This document shows positions 1-11,872 of a DNA stretch of 64,000 nucleotides, in pieces. Every line of letters starts with the position of its first letter. Position 1 is the stretch's first letter. The translations under genes and the position numbers were made by a program. A model generated the notes under the pieces. The model saw only the letters and a program-made list of their open reading frames with translations, was not told the origin of the DNA and did no database searches. The DNA comes from Coraliomargaritaceae bacterium (GTDB taxonomy: Bacteria > Verrucomicrobiota > Verrucomicrobiia > Opitutales > Coraliomargaritaceae): positions 40,993-104,992 of the forward strand of contig CBFHKU010000007.1 in NCBI GenBank assembly GCA_965656495.1, written 5' to 3'.

Positions 1-1
1 T

Positions 2-1591
2 GTGGGTGCAGGTGCCGCAGAGGGCGCGATGGATGCTTCCAATATTTTTAAACCTGCCCTGAGTCGGGGCGAGTTGCAGTGCATCGGTGCCACCACGCTC
101 GGCGAATACCGCAAATATATCGAGAAGGACAGTGCCCTTGATCGACGTTTTCAATCGGTGAAAGTGGACGCGCCCTCGGTGGATGATACGATCTTGATCC
201 TGAAGGGCATCCGCAGCAAATACGAGGAGCACCACAAGTGTAAATTCACAGATGAGGCGCTCGAAGCGGCGGCACGGCTTTCGGAACGTTACATCACCTC
301 CCGTTTTCTGCCGGATAAAGCGATCGATGTCATCGATGAGGCGGGCGCGCGGGCGCGGATTGAATCTTTGAAACGTCCCCCGGAAATCGAGGCGATGAAT
401 GAAAAGATTGAATCGGTCTGCGAAGAAAAGGAAAACGCGATCGGCAAACAACAATTTGAAGAGGCCGCGAAGTTCCGCGACGAGGAAAAGAAATTGCGTC
501 AGGAACAGAGCGACGCCATCGAGGCGTGGAAGCAGTCGCGCGAGGAGAATCGCCTCACGGTCGGCGCGGATGAACTGCTCCACGTCATTGCGGCATGGAC
601 CGGGATTCCGCTCTCACGCATGGAGCAGGAGGAAAGCAAGAAGCTGCTTGAACTGGAAGCGAAATTGCAGAGCGAGGTGATCGGTCAGGGACGCGCTACT
701 GAAGTGATCGCGCGTGCCTTGCGTCGTTCCCGCGCGGATCTCAAGGATCCCAAGCGTCCAATCGGTTCCTTCATGTTCCTTGGACCCACGGGGGTGGGTA
801 AAACACTCTTGGCGAAGGTCTTGGCGGAGGAAATGTTCGGCGAGAAGGATGCCATCATACAAATTGATATGTCGGAATATATGGAGAAATTTGCGGTCTC
901 CAGACTGGTGGGTTCGCCTCCCGGATATGTCGGCTACGAAGAGGGCGGGCAATTGACCGAAGCGGTGCGACGCAAGCCCTACAGCGTGGTGTTATTCGAC
1001 GAAATTGAGAAAGCGCACCCTGATGTTGTGCAATTACTGCTTCAGGTCCTCGAAGAAGGTCGCTTGACCGATAGTCTCGGTCGCAAGGTCGATTTCCGCA
1101 ACACCATCCTCATTATGACCTCAAACGTGGGGGCGGAGATTCTTCAACGCAACACCTCCATGGGCTTTGGAATCGAGCGCAGTGCCGAAAATGAGTATGA
1201 CAAGATTCGGGAAAAAATCATGGATGAGACCAAACGGGTCTTTAAGCCTGAATTCCTCAATCGCCTCAATGAACTGGTGATCTTCAAATCGCTGGGTCGT
1301 GAGGATATGGAATCAATCGTAACGCTCGAATTGCGCAACCTCGCGCAACGTCTCAAGGAACGCGAACTCACCTTCAAATTTGAGGACTCTGCCAAAGCAT
1401 TCCTCATCGAGAAGGGTTACGACGAGAAGTATGGGGCACGTCCGCTGCGACGCGCGGTCGAACGTTACCTGGAGGATTCCCTGGCGGAGGCTATTTTGAA
1501 TGGCGACATCAAACCGGGCGAAGTCATAACGGTCGCGGCCAATGAGGCGAACGAGGGATTGGTCTTCACGCAGGGTCACGCGGTCGGGTAG
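2..1591 (+). CDS. clpC: ATP-dependent Clp protease ATP-binding subunit (5'-truncated by window edge)
   Basis: AAA+ motifs [33 protein letters not shown]-like coiled coil; second Walker [33 protein letters not shown]. Confidence 0.93.
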   Translation: MGAGAAEGAMDASNIFKPALSRGELQCIGATTLGEYRKYIEKDSALDRRFQSVKVDAPSVDDTILILKGIRSKYEEHHKCKFTDEALEAAARLSERYITSRFLPDKAIDVIDEAGARARIESLKRPPEIEAMNEKIESVCEEKENAIGKQQFEEAAKFRDEEKKLRQEQSDAIEAWKQSREENRLTVGADELLHVIAAWTGIPLSRMEQEESKKLLELEAKLQSEVIGQGRATEVIARALRRSRADLKDPKRPIGSFMFLGPTGVGKTLLAKVLAEEMFGEKDAIIQIDMSEYMEKFAVSRLVGSPPGYVGYEEGGQLTEAVRRKPYSVVLFDEIEKAHPDVVQLLLQVLEEGRLTDSLGRKVDFRNTILIMTSNVGAEILQRNTSMGFGIERSAENEYDKIREKIMDETKRVFKPEFLNRLNELVIFKSLGREDMESIVTLELRNLAQRLKERELTFKFEDSAKAFLIEKGYDEKYGARPLRRAVERYLEDSLAEAILNGDIKPGEVITVAANEANEGLVFTQGHAVG

Positions 1592-1616
1592 GCCGCATCC
1601 AGAAGTCGTCTAGTGC

Positions 1617-2501
1617 TTATTCTTTGGGAAGGAAATAACCTTCCTGCTGCTCGCTGATGTCCATGCCGGTTTTGCGCATGACTTCCAGCATATCCTCCCA
1701 AACGTTGCGTTTGGTTTTTACGGTATCGTTGCGGAGCAGGTAGGCGGGGTGAAAGGTTATCATCAGATCGATGCCTGCATATTGATGCCATTTGCCGCGC
1801 ACCGCGCCCATGCGGCGTTTCGGATCATGCCCCAGGAGACCGGTGACGGCGGTGTTGCCGAGGGCGATGAGCACCTTGGGATTAACGATCTCGATTTGTG
1901 CCTTTAGATAGGGCATGCAGAAGTGCATCTCCTCCAAGGTCGGCGGGCGGTTGCCGTAGGGTTTGTCGTGTTCCGGGCGCCATTTCAGGATATTGGCGAT
2001 GTAGACCGTTTCGCGGCTCAAGCCCATTGCGGTAATAATCTTGGTCAATAATTGGCCCGCCGCGCCTACAAAGGGTTCGCCGGCACGCGCCTCATCCGCA
2101 CCGGGAGCTTCGCCGCAAAAGAAGATATCGGCATCAACCGAACCGGTGCCAAACACGACTTTATCGTGATCGCCCAAGTGGGCCTTGCAGGTTTCGCATG
2201 CTTCCACCATCTGACGCAGGGCGTCCATTTGCTGAGCGCGGTCACCCTCGGGTAATTGAATAACCGGGGCTTCGGGAAAGGCGGGTTCCGGTGGTGTTTC
2301 AACTTTGGGCGCTTCCGCTTCGACTGGCTTGGGTTTCTCCGCTTGCGGGGTGCTGGTTTCAGTGCTCGTATCCGCCGGAGCGGGAGTGCCTTGCAGGGCC
2401 TTGATCTGCTCAAGGGTTTCCGGGGCTACCGCGACACGTTCCATTCCCGCTTCCTTCAAACGTGACAATTCTTCGTAAACTGCAGCCAATTCCTGCGACA
2501 T
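1617..2501 (-). CDS. Uracil-DNA glycosylase family 4 (Fe-S type) with Pro/Glu-rich N-terminal linker
   Basis: CxxC (CETC), GEAPG, PFVGAAGQLL, NILKWRP..NRPP, TFHPAYLLR motifs. Confidence 0.9.
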   Translation of the reverse strand: MSQELAAVYEELSRLKEAGMERVAVAPETLEQIKALQGTPAPADTSTETSTPQAEKPKPVEAEAPKVETPPEPAFPEAPVIQLPEGDRAQQMDALRQMVEACETCKAHLGDHDKVVFGTGSVDADIFFCGEAPGADEARAGEPFVGAAGQLLTKIITAMGLSRETVYIANILKWRPEHDKPYGNRPPTLEEMHFCMPYLKAQIEIVNPKVLIALGNTAVTGLLGHDPKRRMGAVRGKWHQYAGIDLMITFHPAYLLRNDTVKTKRNVWEDMLEVMRKTGMDISEQQEGYFLPKE

Positions 2502-2559
2502 GCACTCAGCATCGGATGCCCGGCGCGGGGGGTCGAGCAGGATTTTATATTTTTCTCAG

Positions 2560-3855
2560 CTATGCCTGCTCCGCCTCCAATATAAAAGGCGCCACTGCGG
2601 ATTGAAGCCGCGCGGGGATCGCGCTCACGAGATAAGTGCCCTCGTCACGACTTTCCTCTTTGCGTACAGTACCCTCGCGATGGAGGCGTGCCACGAGGTC
2701 ATAGCGTTCGTGCGGAATCAGGAGGCGGATTTGTGCAAATTCTGCTTCGATAATCGCCTGCATGCGTTCGAGCAGCGTTGCAACGCCTTCCCCGGTGTGG
2801 GCGCTCAGGAATAATGCCTCGGGGTATTGCATTTTTAAATCATCCAACCGTGCAGGATCCCAGAGGTCATCGATTTTATTGAAAACCGTGAGGGTCTGCT
2901 TGTCCTTCACCCCGAGTTCACCGAGGACTTTCAGGGTGGTTTCGGCGTGTGCTTCCACTTCGGGGCTGTTGATGTCGAGTACGTGGATTAGGAAATTTGA
3001 AACAACCGCTTCCTCAAGGGTCGCCTTGAAGGCATCGACCAGTCGGTGCGGCAGATTTCGCACAAAACCCACCGTGTCGGTCATAACGAGCGCTTGTCCG
3101 TTGGGGAGCTCGCAGCGCCGCGAAGTTGGGTCGAGGGTCGCAAAGAGTTTATCCTCCGCGAGGATGTTGGCTTGGGTCAGGTGATTGAGGAGGGAGGATT
3201 TTCCGGCGTTGGTATATCCGACGATCGCGCAGGTCGGAACCGGTACCGTCATGCGTTTCTTGCGCTGGAGGTGACGATGCTGAATGACGCTTTCCAGTTC
3301 CTTGCGGACGCGGGAAATCTGGGTGCGCACCATGCGTTGGTCCATTTCCAACTGGGTCTCACCCGCATCGCGTTGGATTGCGCCACCGCCCCGTTGCCGG
3401 TCGAGGTGGGTCCAGGCGCGCTTCAGGCGGGGGAGGTTGTATTCCAAGCGCGCCAGTTCAACCTGCAGCACCGCTTCCTTTGTGCGGGCGCGGTCTCCGA
3501 AGATATCGAGAATGACCTCCTGCCGGTCGATGACGAGGATCTTGTCCTTGGCGGCCTGTTCCCAGTTGCGTTGCTGGGCGGGCGTGAGTTCATTGTCGAA
3601 AATAATAACATCGCAATTATGCGCCTGTGCTTCCTCAACCAATTCCTCCGCTTTGCCCGAGCCGACGAGGAGTTTCGCCTGGGGTTTGCGGACCGTGAGC
3701 ATGCGCTCATGACAAATCCCAATCCCAAGGGTCGTGACCAGTTCGCGCAGTTCATCCAGCAGGCTGCGGGTTTCGGCGACATCCGTGCCCGGCAGGGTGA
3801 TCCCGATCAACATGGCCCGTTCGACCATTTTTGGTTTTTCTTTTACGTCGTGCAC
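2560..3855 (-). CDS. hflX: GTPase HflX
   Basis: GYTNAGKSSL, LFATLDPT, DTVGF, NKID motifs; start placed at GTG 3855 (alternative ATG 3828) rather than 3930. Confidence 0.93.
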   Translation of the reverse strand: MHDVKEKPKMVERAMLIGITLPGTDVAETRSLLDELRELVTTLGIGICHERMLTVRKPQAKLLVGSGKAEELVEEAQAHNCDVIIFDNELTPAQQRNWEQAAKDKILVIDRQEVILDIFGDRARTKEAVLQVELARLEYNLPRLKRAWTHLDRQRGGGAIQRDAGETQLEMDQRMVRTQISRVRKELESVIQHRHLQRKKRMTVPVPTCAIVGYTNAGKSSLLNHLTQANILAEDKLFATLDPTSRRCELPNGQALVMTDTVGFVRNLPHRLVDAFKATLEEAVVSNFLIHVLDINSPEVEAHAETTLKVLGELGVKDKQTLTVFNKIDDLWDPARLDDLKMQYPEALFLSAHTGEGVATLLERMQAIIEAEFAQIRLLIPHERYDLVARLHREGTVRKEESRDEGTYLVSAIPARLQSAVAPFILEAEQA

Positions 3856-3973
3856 AAAAATTCTGGTATAGAAGCCGATATGAGAACCGGCTAAGCGGAT
3901 CAGAAGAACAGTTGTCTGCGTGGATGGCAATTTTTGAATGGCGTGTTTTGAAATGTTGGTATTTCTAAGGGGT

Positions 3974-4654
3974 ATGCAGGCGAGTGAATTATTTGAATTT
4001 CCGGATTCGCTTCCCTTTGGGGCTTATTTCCCGATGGAGGCGAGTCCCTGGGAATGGGTGCAGGGCATTAAGGCTGCCTTGGCGGATTTCGACTTCACCG
4101 CAGCTTTACCGGAGATTCCCGCCGGTTTGCATATCGAAGGCCCGGTCTTTTTGGCGGAGGGTGTGAAACTACCCGCACAGGGAACGATTATAGGCCCCGC
4201 TTATATCGGGGAAGGCTGTGAATTGCGCCCGGGGGTTTATATTCGCGGGAATGTCATCGCGGGGGCAGGTTGTGTCTTGGGGAATTCCTGCGAGTTCAAA
4301 AACTGTCTTTTGTTGGATGGGGTACAAGTGCCGCATTACAGCTATGTCGGGGATTCGGTGCTGGGTAACAAGGCCCATTTGGGGGCGGGTGCGATTTGCT
4401 CGAACCTGCGGCTCGATCAGGCGGGTGTGAGGGTGAAGGATTTTGAAGGTGGAAGCCATGCCACCGGAATGCGCAAACTGGGTGCCTTGATCGGTGATGC
4501 CGCCGAAGTCGGTTGCAACGCGGTCCTCAATCCGGGGTCCGTTCTGGGGCAACGTGCGCTGGTTGCGCCTACCTTGTCCTTTAGGGGCACGCTCAAGGCC
4601 GGCACGATGGCATTTGGCCCCTCGGCGATAAAGACCGCCCCCCGGATGGACTAG
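3974..4654 (+). CDS. GlmU-like left-handed beta-helix (hexapeptide repeat) acyltransferase
   Basis: Hexapeptide repeats; HYSYVGDSVLGNKAHLGAG and RKLGALIGD typical of the GlmU C-terminal-like family; no nucleotidyltransferase domain. Confidence 0.8.
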   Translation: MQASELFEFPDSLPFGAYFPMEASPWEWVQGIKAALADFDFTAALPEIPAGLHIEGPVFLAEGVKLPAQGTIIGPAYIGEGCELRPGVYIRGNVIAGAGCVLGNSCEFKNCLLLDGVQVPHYSYVGDSVLGNKAHLGAGAICSNLRLDQAGVRVKDFEGGSHATGMRKLGALIGDAAEVGCNAVLNPGSVLGQRALVAPTLSFRGTLKAGTMAFGPSAIKTAPRMD

Positions 4655-5304
4655 GCCTGAAGGTCGGCGAGAAGGGTGTTCAGGCAAGGGTAGCTGGCGT
4701 ATGCACCGACCGCCTGGAGTTCTGCTTCACTGTGTGCACCGGTCGCGACGGCATAGCAGGGAATGTCAATCGCTTGCGCGGTGGCGACATCGGTGGGCGA
4801 GTCCCCGATCATGATTGCACCGGCGGCTTCAATGCCCAAGCGCTCAAGCACCGTCCGGCCGAGTTCCGGTTCGGGTTTGCTCCATTCCGTATCGCCGTTC
4901 CCAAGGCAAACGCTCACGAAGGCATCGAAGCCGCAGTGTTGACTGACCGCTCGGGCGGTTGCGCCGTGTTTATTCGTTAAAATCGCCTGAGGGATGCCGA
5001 GACGGGTGAAATATTCCATGCAGGGGAGGGCGCCGGGTAAAATCTCCAGACCATCATACATCATCTCCGGAAAACGTGTCCGGAATTGCTGACAGGCATC
5101 TTCGAGTTGAGAATCCTCAACAAAGAGGGCCATCGTGCTTGCCATCGGTCCACCCAGACTGCGGCGAATCGCCTGCGGATTGGGAGCGCGGTGACCCAAT
5201 CCCGTAATGACCGCTTCATAACAGCGCACAATCGCAACGGTTTGATCGATGAGAGTGCCGTCCATATCCCAAAGGACTGCGAGGGGTTGCGGGTGTGTTG
5301 TCAT
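4651..5304 (-). CDS. HAD-family hydrolase (phosphoglycolate phosphatase-like)
   Basis: DMDGTL motif I, TNK, KPEP, IGDSPTD. Confidence 0.88.
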   Translation of the reverse strand: MTTHPQPLAVLWDMDGTLIDQTVAIVRCYEAVITGLGHRAPNPQAIRRSLGGPMASTMALFVEDSQLEDACQQFRTRFPEMMYDGLEILPGALPCMEYFTRLGIPQAILTNKHGATARAVSQHCGFDAFVSVCLGNGDTEWSKPEPELGRTVLERLGIEAAGAIMIGDSPTDVATAQAIDIPCYAVATGAHSEAELQAVGAYASYPCLNTLLADLQA

Positions 5305-5966
5305 CCGTTCGCAATTAAGGGAATATCCAGATTGAAAACACCGGCGCCCAGTTCAAAGAGATTTTGATATACTTCAACCGCTTGGGTCTCTGATCTGAGC
5401 GCCTCTTGGGTGTGCGATCCCGTTGCCACGAGGTAACTCGGAAGGTTTCCGACATCCGCAGCGGCGGCATCAAAGGGGGAATCGCCGATCAGGCAGGTGT
5501 TTCGAGGGTCCGCCTTCAGTTGGTCCATGATGTATTGGGTGAATTCCGGCTCGGGTTTACGGTAGGGGCAATCTTCCGTGCCGAGGGTCAGCGTCAGAAA
5601 ACGGTCGAGCTTCAGGTGCTCCAGCACCGCGCGCGCGTGCTCGCCGTATTTATTGGTAAAGACCGCCAACTGCAGTCCCTTCGCGTGGAGCGTTTCAAGC
5701 AACCATGCTGCGCCGGGAAGGATCGCGACATCTTTGAGCATGACCCGATTAAAATGTTCATGAAAATGGGGCAGGGCGGCTTCGACCTTTTCCGTGCCGA
5801 TTAATTTTCCCATCGTGACGGGCAGCGAACCCCCCACCGTGGCCTTGACAATTTCGTAGCTCGATTCAGGCAAGCCCAGCGCTTTTTGAGCATACGCAAT
5901 GCTCGAATGAATCGCCGAGAAATGATCGATAAGCGTGCCGTCGAGGTCGAAGAGAACCGTTTGCAT
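5301..5966 (-). CDS. HAD-family hydrolase (phosphoglycolate phosphatase-like)
   Basis: FDLDGTL, TNK, KPEP, IGDSPFD; start MQTVLFDLDG at 5966; 4-bp overlap with downstream paralog. Confidence 0.88.
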   Translation of the reverse strand: MQTVLFDLDGTLIDHFSAIHSSIAYAQKALGLPESSYEIVKATVGGSLPVTMGKLIGTEKVEAALPHFHEHFNRVMLKDVAILPGAAWLLETLHAKGLQLAVFTNKYGEHARAVLEHLKLDRFLTLTLGTEDCPYRKPEPEFTQYIMDQLKADPRNTCLIGDSPFDAAAADVGNLPSYLVATGSHTQEALRSETQAVEVYQNLFELGAGVFNLDIPLIANG

Positions 5967-6240
5967 AAAACTTGTTTGAACACTCCCCGCCGTTAAGGCA
6001 AGGATGTCTCCAGACATTCCGACATGATTTCTATTGGCAAAGTGATTTTAGCCCTCGGCTTGCTTTCGGTCTTGCGACCCGCACTCGCGACGGATGCCGT
6101 CCCGCATCCCTGAAAGCCCTGCACCAGAAACCCTGTCGGGCCAATCAACCCCTCGCCCGACGCTATCAGCTTACCCGTAAACCGTAGTTCAAAGGGAGAT
6201 TGACAACTGAGGACGGATTCGCGAAATTGCTCCGCTTTAT

Positions 6241-6318
<78 letters not shown>

Positions 6319-6321
6319 TTT

Positions 6322-6373
6322 AAATGCATCTTAAAATATGCGGGACGAGAATCCGCGAACAAAGCGGGTTTGA
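6322..6373 (+). repeat. Direct repeat copy 1 (52 bp) immediately after tRNA-His
   Basis: AAATGCATCTTAAAATATGCGGGACGAGAATCCGCGAACAAAGCGGGTTTGA; matches 7790-7841 at 50/52. Confidence 0.95.
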
Positions 6374-6427
6374 CGCAATGTTTTCAGGCACAGAGGTGCC
6401 GCCCGGAAAACATGAAGATGGCGCAGC

Positions 6428-6449
6428 AGTCCCGTTAGCCACCCCATTT
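6428..6449 (+). repeat. Duplicate of tRNA-His 3' end (tRNA-linked repeat / att-like)
   Basis: AGTCCCGTTAGCCACCCCATTT identical to 6300-6321. Confidence 0.95.
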
Positions 6450-6453
6450 TCTT

Positions 6454-6485
6454 AAAAGCCTCACTTATTCGAGTGAGGCTTTTTT
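6454..6485 (+). terminator. Intrinsic terminator after tRNA-His and its linked repeat
   Basis: AAAAGCCTCACT-TATTCG-AGTGAGGCTTTTTT hairpin with T-tract. Confidence 0.85.
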
Positions 6486-6886
6486 GACAAGTAACCACAC
6501 AGGCCAGCCATCGCACGGCGTGAGATGCGGTGCCAAAGTTCGTTGAAATTTAACGCGGAAAGCAGCTTCTGGGCTATGAACCAATAGACTTGAGCGAGCA
6601 TGCTTCTTGATTCAGAGACTGAGCAGAGTTTTGTGACTCAACGGCTCGGAATCATCTTCAAGCCTCATGTAATCTCGCTTTTATTAAGACGTCTTCAAAC
6701 TTCGCCTACGCTTCGCACACTCAAATGACTAGCCCTCCTCGTGCCACTTGTCCCTGGTCACCTCGTCCGACGCTCTTGCATCTTTCAGCCTACGTGCGAA
6801 CTAGACTACGGTATGAATGCGACTGCTTATGCTATGTATTGACAAGAATGAGTTGCAGATCAGTTTGAGGGGCAAGAGCTGAGTCC

Positions 6887-7468
6887 ATGAATGAATACAA
6901 TTATCAACGCCAAGTGATCGCCTATCATGGTTGTGATCGTTCTGTTGCAGATAAAGTATTGCTCAAAGGTTCGGCCCTCGCTCCGAGCGAGAAAAACTAC
7001 GATTGGCTGGGGAAGGGAATTTACTTTTGGGAACATGGCCCTCAGCGAGCTTTTGATTGGGCAGTGCAGCGTCAGAAAATGGGTAAGATTTCTGAGCCAT
7101 CGGTGGTTGGCGCAATTATTCAGCTTGGGAACTGTTTCGATTTGTTGGATACTCGTTACACGGAAGCTTTGCAGCGGATGTGGCCATTTTTCGTTGAGGC
7201 AAGGGTTCCTGATGCCAAGAGCATCCCTGCAAACCGTTCGTCAAAACAACAACCGGAAGTCGATAAATTGCTTCGTTACCGAGATTGTGCAGTCATTAAT
7301 TGGACGCTTTCACAACTTGAGGAAAGCGAGCCTGCGTATGATTCGGTCCGTGGTGTGTTCCTAGAGGACAAACCTGTTTACGAAGGATCGGAAATTCGCT
7401 TGAAGTCCCATATTCAAATTGCGACCCGCAATCCTGCTTGCATCATCGGATATTTCAGACCATCTTGA
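6887..7468 (+). CDS. Hypothetical protein, putative ADP-ribosyltransferase fold (H-Y clade)
   Basis: YHGC near N-terminus, WLGKGIYFWE, late HIQI strand; spacing resembles the H-Y-E/Q ART triad; TTGACA at 6839. Confidence 0.6.
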   Translation: MNEYNYQRQVIAYHGCDRSVADKVLLKGSALAPSEKNYDWLGKGIYFWEHGPQRAFDWAVQRQKMGKISEPSVVGAIIQLGNCFDLLDTRYTEALQRMWPFFVEARVPDAKSIPANRSSKQQPEVDKLLRYRDCAVINWTLSQLEESEPAYDSVRGVFLEDKPVYEGSEIRLKSHIQIATRNPACIIGYFRPS

Positions 7469-7474
7469 TTTTTA

Positions 7475-7660
7475 ATGAAGACCAGTAGCCCAGTTTTATC
7501 AGCAGATCCTCGTAAGTTGGTGGATCGCTTTGAGCGTCGATTCAAGAGAATGAGCGCAAAAGAAAAAGCGCAGACTCTTGTGGATGCTGGTATCATGACC
7601 CCGAAACACCGAATCAAGGCTCCTTATCGTGAGGCGCTTGCTGGAGTCGGTAAGGGATAA
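7475..7660 (+). CDS. Small basic hypothetical protein (61 aa), putative partner or antitoxin
   Basis: ATG 6 bp after upstream stop; helical basic sequence ending LVDAGIMTPKHRIKAPY. Confidence 0.6.
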   Translation: MKTSSPVLSADPRKLVDRFERRFKRMSAKEKAQTLVDAGIMTPKHRIKAPYREALAGVGKG

Positions 7661-7789
7661 TTTCTCAGACTGAGTCACTAAGTCCCGAAATATAGCCGAA
7701 AAGTTCGAAGAGGGGGCCGTTTGGGCACCACACTCGATAGAATTGGTTCGAAGACGGGTATGCTTGGCACCCCATTTTTGCTCGGGCAA

Positions 7790-7841
7790 AAATGCATCTT
7801 AGAATAGGCGGGACGAGAATCCGCGAACAAAGCGGGTTTGA
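7790..7841 (+). repeat. Direct repeat copy 2 (52 bp)
   Basis: 50/52 identical to 6322-6373; preceded by CACCCCATTT at 7768. Confidence 0.95.
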
Positions 7842-7903
7842 TTCTTTGGTTGTAGGGGTCGGGCTTTTGAGTCCTTATGGCAGAGTTCCTCTGTTACCCG
7901 ACT

Positions 7904-9313
7904 ATGATTCACCGCATCCCTAATTTTTTCCGTGCGCGACTCGTTACTTGCGCGCTGGCGTTTTTACTTTGCCTGCCTCTGTTCGCCGACAAGCCCAATA
8001 TCGTTGTTATCTTTGCCGATGACATGGGTTACGGGGATATGAGTAATAACGGGCATCCCACTATCCGGACGCCATTCCTCGACCAAATGGCTTCTGAAGG
8101 GCAAAAGTGGACGAGTTTTTATTCGGCCTCGCCGGTCTGCACTCCCAGTCGCGCCGCTTTACTCACCGGGCGCTATGCGGTGCGGAGTGGGATGGAATCG
8201 CCGCACAAGGGGGTCCTTTTTCCCGATTCCACCGGCGGACTTCCCGCTGCGGAACTCACGATTCCGGAAATGCTGAAGAGCGCGGGTTACGCCACCGGTA
8301 TGGTGGGCAAGTGGCATCTTGGGCATTTGCCGGAATTCCTGCCGACACAGCATGGTTTTGATTCATGGTATGGTATTCCCTATAGCAACGACATGGACCT
8401 TGATCGCCCAACCGTGACAGCATTGAACGGTGGTCGTCTCGGTGAATGGCACACCGGTATTCACTGGGAGGAACCCAAGTCGGAATACTGGCAGGTGCCA
8501 CTCATGGAAGGGGAGGCCATCCTCGAGCATGCACCGGATCAAACCTTGCTCACAAAGAATTATACCGCCAAGGCGATTGAATTTATCAAAGCAAACAGGG
8601 AACAACCCTTCTTCCTTTACCTCGCCCATAGCATGCCGCACGTGCCACTCTTCCGTTCAGAAAAATTTGAGGGCATCAGTACTGCGGGGCTTTACGGGGA
8701 TGTCATTGAGGAACTTGATGCTTCGGTCGGGGCGATCCTTCAAACATTGAAGGAACAGGGACTCGCTGAAAATACCCTTGTAGTTTTCACCTCCGACAAT
8801 GGCCCCTGGTTACAGTTTAAGACGCAGGGCGGGATCGCCGGCCCCCTGCGTGGTGGAAAGTTTGATACGCATGAAGGTGGAATGCGTGAACCGGGGATCT
8901 TCTGGTGGCCGGGAAAAATTCAACCCGCCATCATTCACGGAATCGGTTCGACCCTTGATCTTATGGCGACCTTTGCCTCGCTGGCAGGTGTGGAAGTACC
9001 GAAAACCGCCGAAGATAGTTATGACCTCACCGCGACCTTAATGAACGGCGCAGACAGCCCCCGCGAGGAACTCTTCTATTATAAAAACGCTCGTGTTGAA
9101 GCACTCCGACTCGGGAGCTACAAAGCGTTCTTCACCTTGGAAGGCGACCCCGCTCAGACCGAGATTCAGGCACTCTACAACCTCGACCACGATCCCGGTG
9201 AAAACTACGACCTGCGCGAATCAAAACCCGAACGATTACATGATTTTATCGCTCGCTACCACGCGCACCGCGCGACCGTGAAACCGGTGGAAGACCAGCT
9301 CATTAAACGTTAG
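7904..9313 (+). CDS. Cys-type (formylglycine) sulfatase, arylsulfatase family, secreted
   Basis: PNIVVIFADDMG, CTPSRAALLTGR, GKWHLG, SDNG; signal-peptide-like N-terminus. Confidence 0.93.
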   Translation: MIHRIPNFFRARLVTCALAFLLCLPLFADKPNIVVIFADDMGYGDMSNNGHPTIRTPFLDQMASEGQKWTSFYSASPVCTPSRAALLTGRYAVRSGMESPHKGVLFPDSTGGLPAAELTIPEMLKSAGYATGMVGKWHLGHLPEFLPTQHGFDSWYGIPYSNDMDLDRPTVTALNGGRLGEWHTGIHWEEPKSEYWQVPLMEGEAILEHAPDQTLLTKNYTAKAIEFIKANREQPFFLYLAHSMPHVPLFRSEKFEGISTAGLYGDVIEELDASVGAILQTLKEQGLAENTLVVFTSDNGPWLQFKTQGGIAGPLRGGKFDTHEGGMREPGIFWWPGKIQPAIIHGIGSTLDLMATFASLAGVEVPKTAEDSYDLTATLMNGADSPREELFYYKNARVEALRLGSYKAFFTLEGDPAQTEIQALYNLDHDPGENYDLRESKPERLHDFIARYHAHRATVKPVEDQLIKR

Positions 9314-9390
9314 GGAAGGGTAGCAGAAGAATAAGCTTTCCAGGTATTAAAGCTAAACCCTTGTATCTTTATTGACTGATAGCCCTGTCG

Positions 9391-10662
<1,272 letters not shown>

Positions 10663-10674
10663 TGAAAGGGTGGC

Positions 10675-11820
<1,146 letters not shown>

Positions 11821-11872
11821 TGATCCGATAAAAGAGGCGAAAAAGTTCCGCCTTGGCAAATATAAGCGGCGC

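Noticed and set aside
7700..7777. Degenerate tRNA gene (GTTCGAA motifs before CACCCCA)
   Set aside because: No cloverleaf can be folded; only the last bases match tRNA-His, so it is treated as part of the right repeat.
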